Positions 60,757-64,000 of a DNA stretch of 64,000 bases are shown piece by piece. A program made the position numbers and the translations under genes. The notes beneath the pieces are model-generated. The model was given only the letters and a program-made list of their open reading frames with translations, was not told where the DNA came from and searched no databases. Position 1 is the stretch's first letter. The number at the start of each line of letters is the position of its first letter. The stretch is from Chiloscyllium plagiosum (lineage: Eukaryota). The stretch covers positions 8,448,279 to 8,512,278 of the forward strand of contig NC_057751.1 of the NCBI RefSeq assembly GCF_004010195.1. Reading direction: 5' to 3'.

Positions 60757-62494
60757 CTGCTGTTTGCAGTTGAGATAACTTGTTCAGAAATATTTTTGTT
60801 TTGTTGTTCTTTTCAGCGAACAGTGTTAATGTGGTAAAATTCACTTAATATGGTTGAATAGGAGCTAATCACAAACAAACAGCATTTGCTAGTCAGAGTC
60901 AATTAACCAGCTATGAATTGTTGGTTTTTAAATCAATACAAATTAATTCTAAAAGAGATACAGCCAATTTCTAACTATAAATTAGAAACATTCAAAACTG
61001 TTCAGAACATGGATGTAGATTGGAAACTATTTTCAGTTATACATCATGAGAACTTACTCCAAGTGTACAATTACTAACTGGTGTAATTCATAATGGACTG
61101 TGCTTTTCTTGCAGTGCCCAAAGGTTTGAAAGTTAAGCAAATGCAGCCTGTCACACAACACATCATAGTGTGACAGAGCACAACTTAACACATGGTCAAT
61201 GGAAATGACACAATTAGAGAAGCACTCAGTGTTAACGATGCGATCAATTGATGTTCACGCATTAAAATTTCTGGTAACAACCACCTTGCAAATTTGTCCT
61301 TGCCCGTTTGCCATCCCATTACATCAGTCTGGACAAATTTATTCCCCAAAATGTAAGCGAAAGGAAGAAAATTTATGGTTTGATGCCCTTTCCAGCACCC
61401 AAGGGCTTTTCCTTGACTGAACCGTAAATATTGGCATGCTATTTGTCTATGGACAGAATTACAGCTTAGTCTGAATCTGAACAGCAGTCACACACGCACA
61501 CAAACAAACCTCTAAGGGGCTGTCTCTCAGATGAGTATCTTTCATGTGGTTCCTTGGAAAAGCATCCTTTAAGCAATCAGTGGGGAAATTCAGAGTACCA
61601 CTTGAAGAAGTTTCAACAAAAACTCATGACAGTATCAGTCGTGTGTGCTGAATCCAAAAGCCTCTTTTGAAGAATTGTTCACAATCTGCAGAAAACGTTT
61701 TTCAGACCAGAAATAAGATAAGGCTCTGCTACATGGACATGATTATTTGCCTTCAATTCCCTCAAATTCCCTGTTGTACAGCAAGGCAATGATTATGGCA
61801 AGGGTGAGCAAAGAATGAACTATTTCCAGGGCCAGTTACTAATCACGGATCATAGACAGCTCGTGTGCAGGAAGCATTGGTCACAGCCATGATGCCCTTC
61901 ATCGCCAAACAGCCAAGTGACATTGCCTTCCCAGGTTCAAAGAGGAAAATGGCCGCCTGGGAAAGATAATGGAGAATGGACCAATCTCCAAATAATGCAA
62001 ATCCCATTGAGGGCATGGATGGGAAATGGTCTAAATTGGTTCTAAAAAAATGTAGGCGAGCAGAAAAGATCAGCTTCCAAGTCCCTCAGAAGGAACAAAG
62101 ACTTAAGCAAACTATATCAAAAAGGAACTAAGTATGCAATTAAACACAATGCCATTCTTTCTTTTTAAAACCTCTCCAGTGAATTAACTGCAGCCAATTA
62201 ATTTATGTTGGTTACAAACTGAGCTCATTCAACAACACGCCAGGGACAGAGGCTCAAACATATTCCTAAATCTGTTAAAATTCATGTAAGTCATCATTAG
62301 TCTTAAGCAACTGAAGCCAACTTATTCATGGGCTGTGGGTCATATCTCAGTGGTCTTCATGCATCTGTGATGTTTCTGAGGGTACACAAAAGGAAAGCAT
62401 GGGGTCATGTCACAGAACAGTTTGTCCTACGATCGTGATTTCAGCTATTAAGTTACCTCAACCCTTTATTGTTCTCCTTTAAGCAGTCATGGGA

Positions 62495-62815
62495 GCAGTT
62501 TTTGTGGTGCTGTGTCGCTGCTTCTGAGACGGGAGGCCTGGGTTCAAATCCCACCTGCTCCAGAGCTGTGTTGTATCATGTCTGATCAGGTTGATTTGGA
62601 TATATCTAGTGTCAGTGGTGGTGTGTCCCTACTTTTGGGTCAAAAGGTCTGTGCTCAAGTCCCAACAACACATCCACATGATGGATATCCATCACGAGTT
62701 TCCAATCAACAACAATTCAGAAGCAGGTTGAGGTGCAGTGGTAACGTCCCTTCCTGCGAGCCAAAAGGTACAGGTTCAAATCCTGCTTGCCCCAGAGCAT
62801 GTCCGAACAGATTTC
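62495..62815 (+). mobile_element. Three tandem short tRNA-derived SINE units
   Basis: B boxes GGTTCAAATCCC, GCTCAAGTCCC and GGTTCAAATCC, each preceded by an A-box-like GTGGT..GTC. Confidence 0.6.
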
Positions 62816-63597
62816 TTAAAACTATGTTGTTTTTGGTGTTCCTTCTATCACGGAAACATAAAGTGACATCAGAGCAAATGGCAAGATCGGCGTAAGCTCG
62901 ATCAACGTTTTCTCTTTTCATTTTCAGAAAGAAGCCTCAAGACGAATGATGTGAAATAGTTGGTACGTCAGCAACCAGGCCTAATGGTTTCAAGATTGTC
63001 AGCTCGGAGTGAGATATGGAGAAACTCCTTCAGTCAGAGTTATTAGGATTTGGAATGTGCTGCCCGGGAGAGGCAGACTCCAGAGGAGGTTTTAAAAGAT
63101 AGCTGGATATTTACTTAGAAATGATGAAGCTAGAGGATTATGGAGAATGGGCTAGCAATGGGATTTGCTGGGTAGCTCTTCCTGGAGCTGGTAAAGACAG
63201 TGGGTTGGATGACCTCCTTGTGCACCGTAAAATTCAATGAAATTCTATGAAATTGAATTTGAGATTAATCAGCACGTTTTGGGTGCATTATCTAAGTGAT
63301 TGCATTTTTCACTGACATTTCCTGAGATACACAGTAGATGACATCTGTTGACGGGCGATTTGATTGACATTTTCAGCGCTCTTTGAGGAAGTGCTGGGGG
63401 AAAGAAAGAGAAAGAGAAACCTTTTCACAAACCCACGCCAGTGTTGAGCATTGGGAGATTAAACGTCAGAGCACAGCCGCTGAGAAGGAGACACCACTGT
63501 ACACAAAATCTGGTACAAATCTGGAACTCTCTCATGCGTATGCAGCACAAACTAGCTGAATTAGTAATTTTACATCTGGGCTGGGTAGACTTTTACT

Positions 63598-63940
63598 TTT
63601 TTCATTCATTCATGGGATGAGGGTGGCATTGGCTAGGCCAGCATTTATTGTCCATTCCTAATTGCTCAGAGGACAGCTAAGAGTCAGCCATATTGCAGTG
63701 TGTCTGAAGTCATGTGCAGGCCAGACCAGGTGAGGATGGCAATTTCCTTCCCAAAAGGAACCAGGTAGGTTTTACCAACAATGGGTTCATGGCCATTATT
63801 AAGTCTCTTAATTCCAGATTCTTTTATTAAGTTCAAATTCCACCATCTGCCGTGGGTGGATTCAAATTCAGGTCAGTGAAACATTTACCTGGGTCTCTAG
63901 GTGAACGGTCAAGCGACAATACCACTGGACTATTACCTCC
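63598..63940 (-). mobile_element. tRNA-derived SINE (family of 958-1258), full length
   Basis: GGCCAGCATTTATTG tail, TTCAAATTCCACCATCTGCC core, GGATTCAAATTCAGG antisense B box. Confidence 0.8.
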
Positions 63941-64000
63941 ATCTTGCCAAGGCTATTAAGAGACAGGAGGTTAATGCAGGTTACTGCAGTTCTGAGACAC

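Noticed and set aside
62900..62970. Strong plus-strand acceptor and GTACGT donor bounding 35 nt
   Set aside because: Stops in all three frames and no supporting neighbouring exons
1..64000. CRISPR arrays, operons or prokaryotic defence systems
   Set aside because: Vertebrate repeat-rich DNA; no repeat-spacer periodicity and no intact gene clusters seen

Overview
Eukaryotic, repeat-rich, non-coding DNA with a 550-bp N gap (48334-48883). The repeat content (HE1-type V-SINEs with (TAATC)n tails, Deu-domain SINEs, CR1 LINEs) points to a cartilaginous fish, probably a shark; this is an inference. I could not confidently identify any host protein-coding gene. The recognisable ORFs come from transposons and the rest look spurious. 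Main items: (1) a deleted endogenous retrovirus with a complete LTR, a tRNA-His primer-binding site and a gamma/epsilon-type pol remnant (3259-5100), plus an inverted second LTR fragment (83-461); (2) several Penelope-like element (PLE) families, some with GIY-YIG remnants and some reduced to ~200-bp palindromes, whose ends carry minimal hammerhead-ribozyme cores; (3) a probable Copia (GalEa-like) pol remnant; (4) a cluster of related solo-LTR-like elements, Tigger-like MITEs, Rex1, RTE, L2 and possible Harbinger relics. Family names come from motif recognition by eye, not database searches. Most boundaries are approximate (about +/-20 bp).
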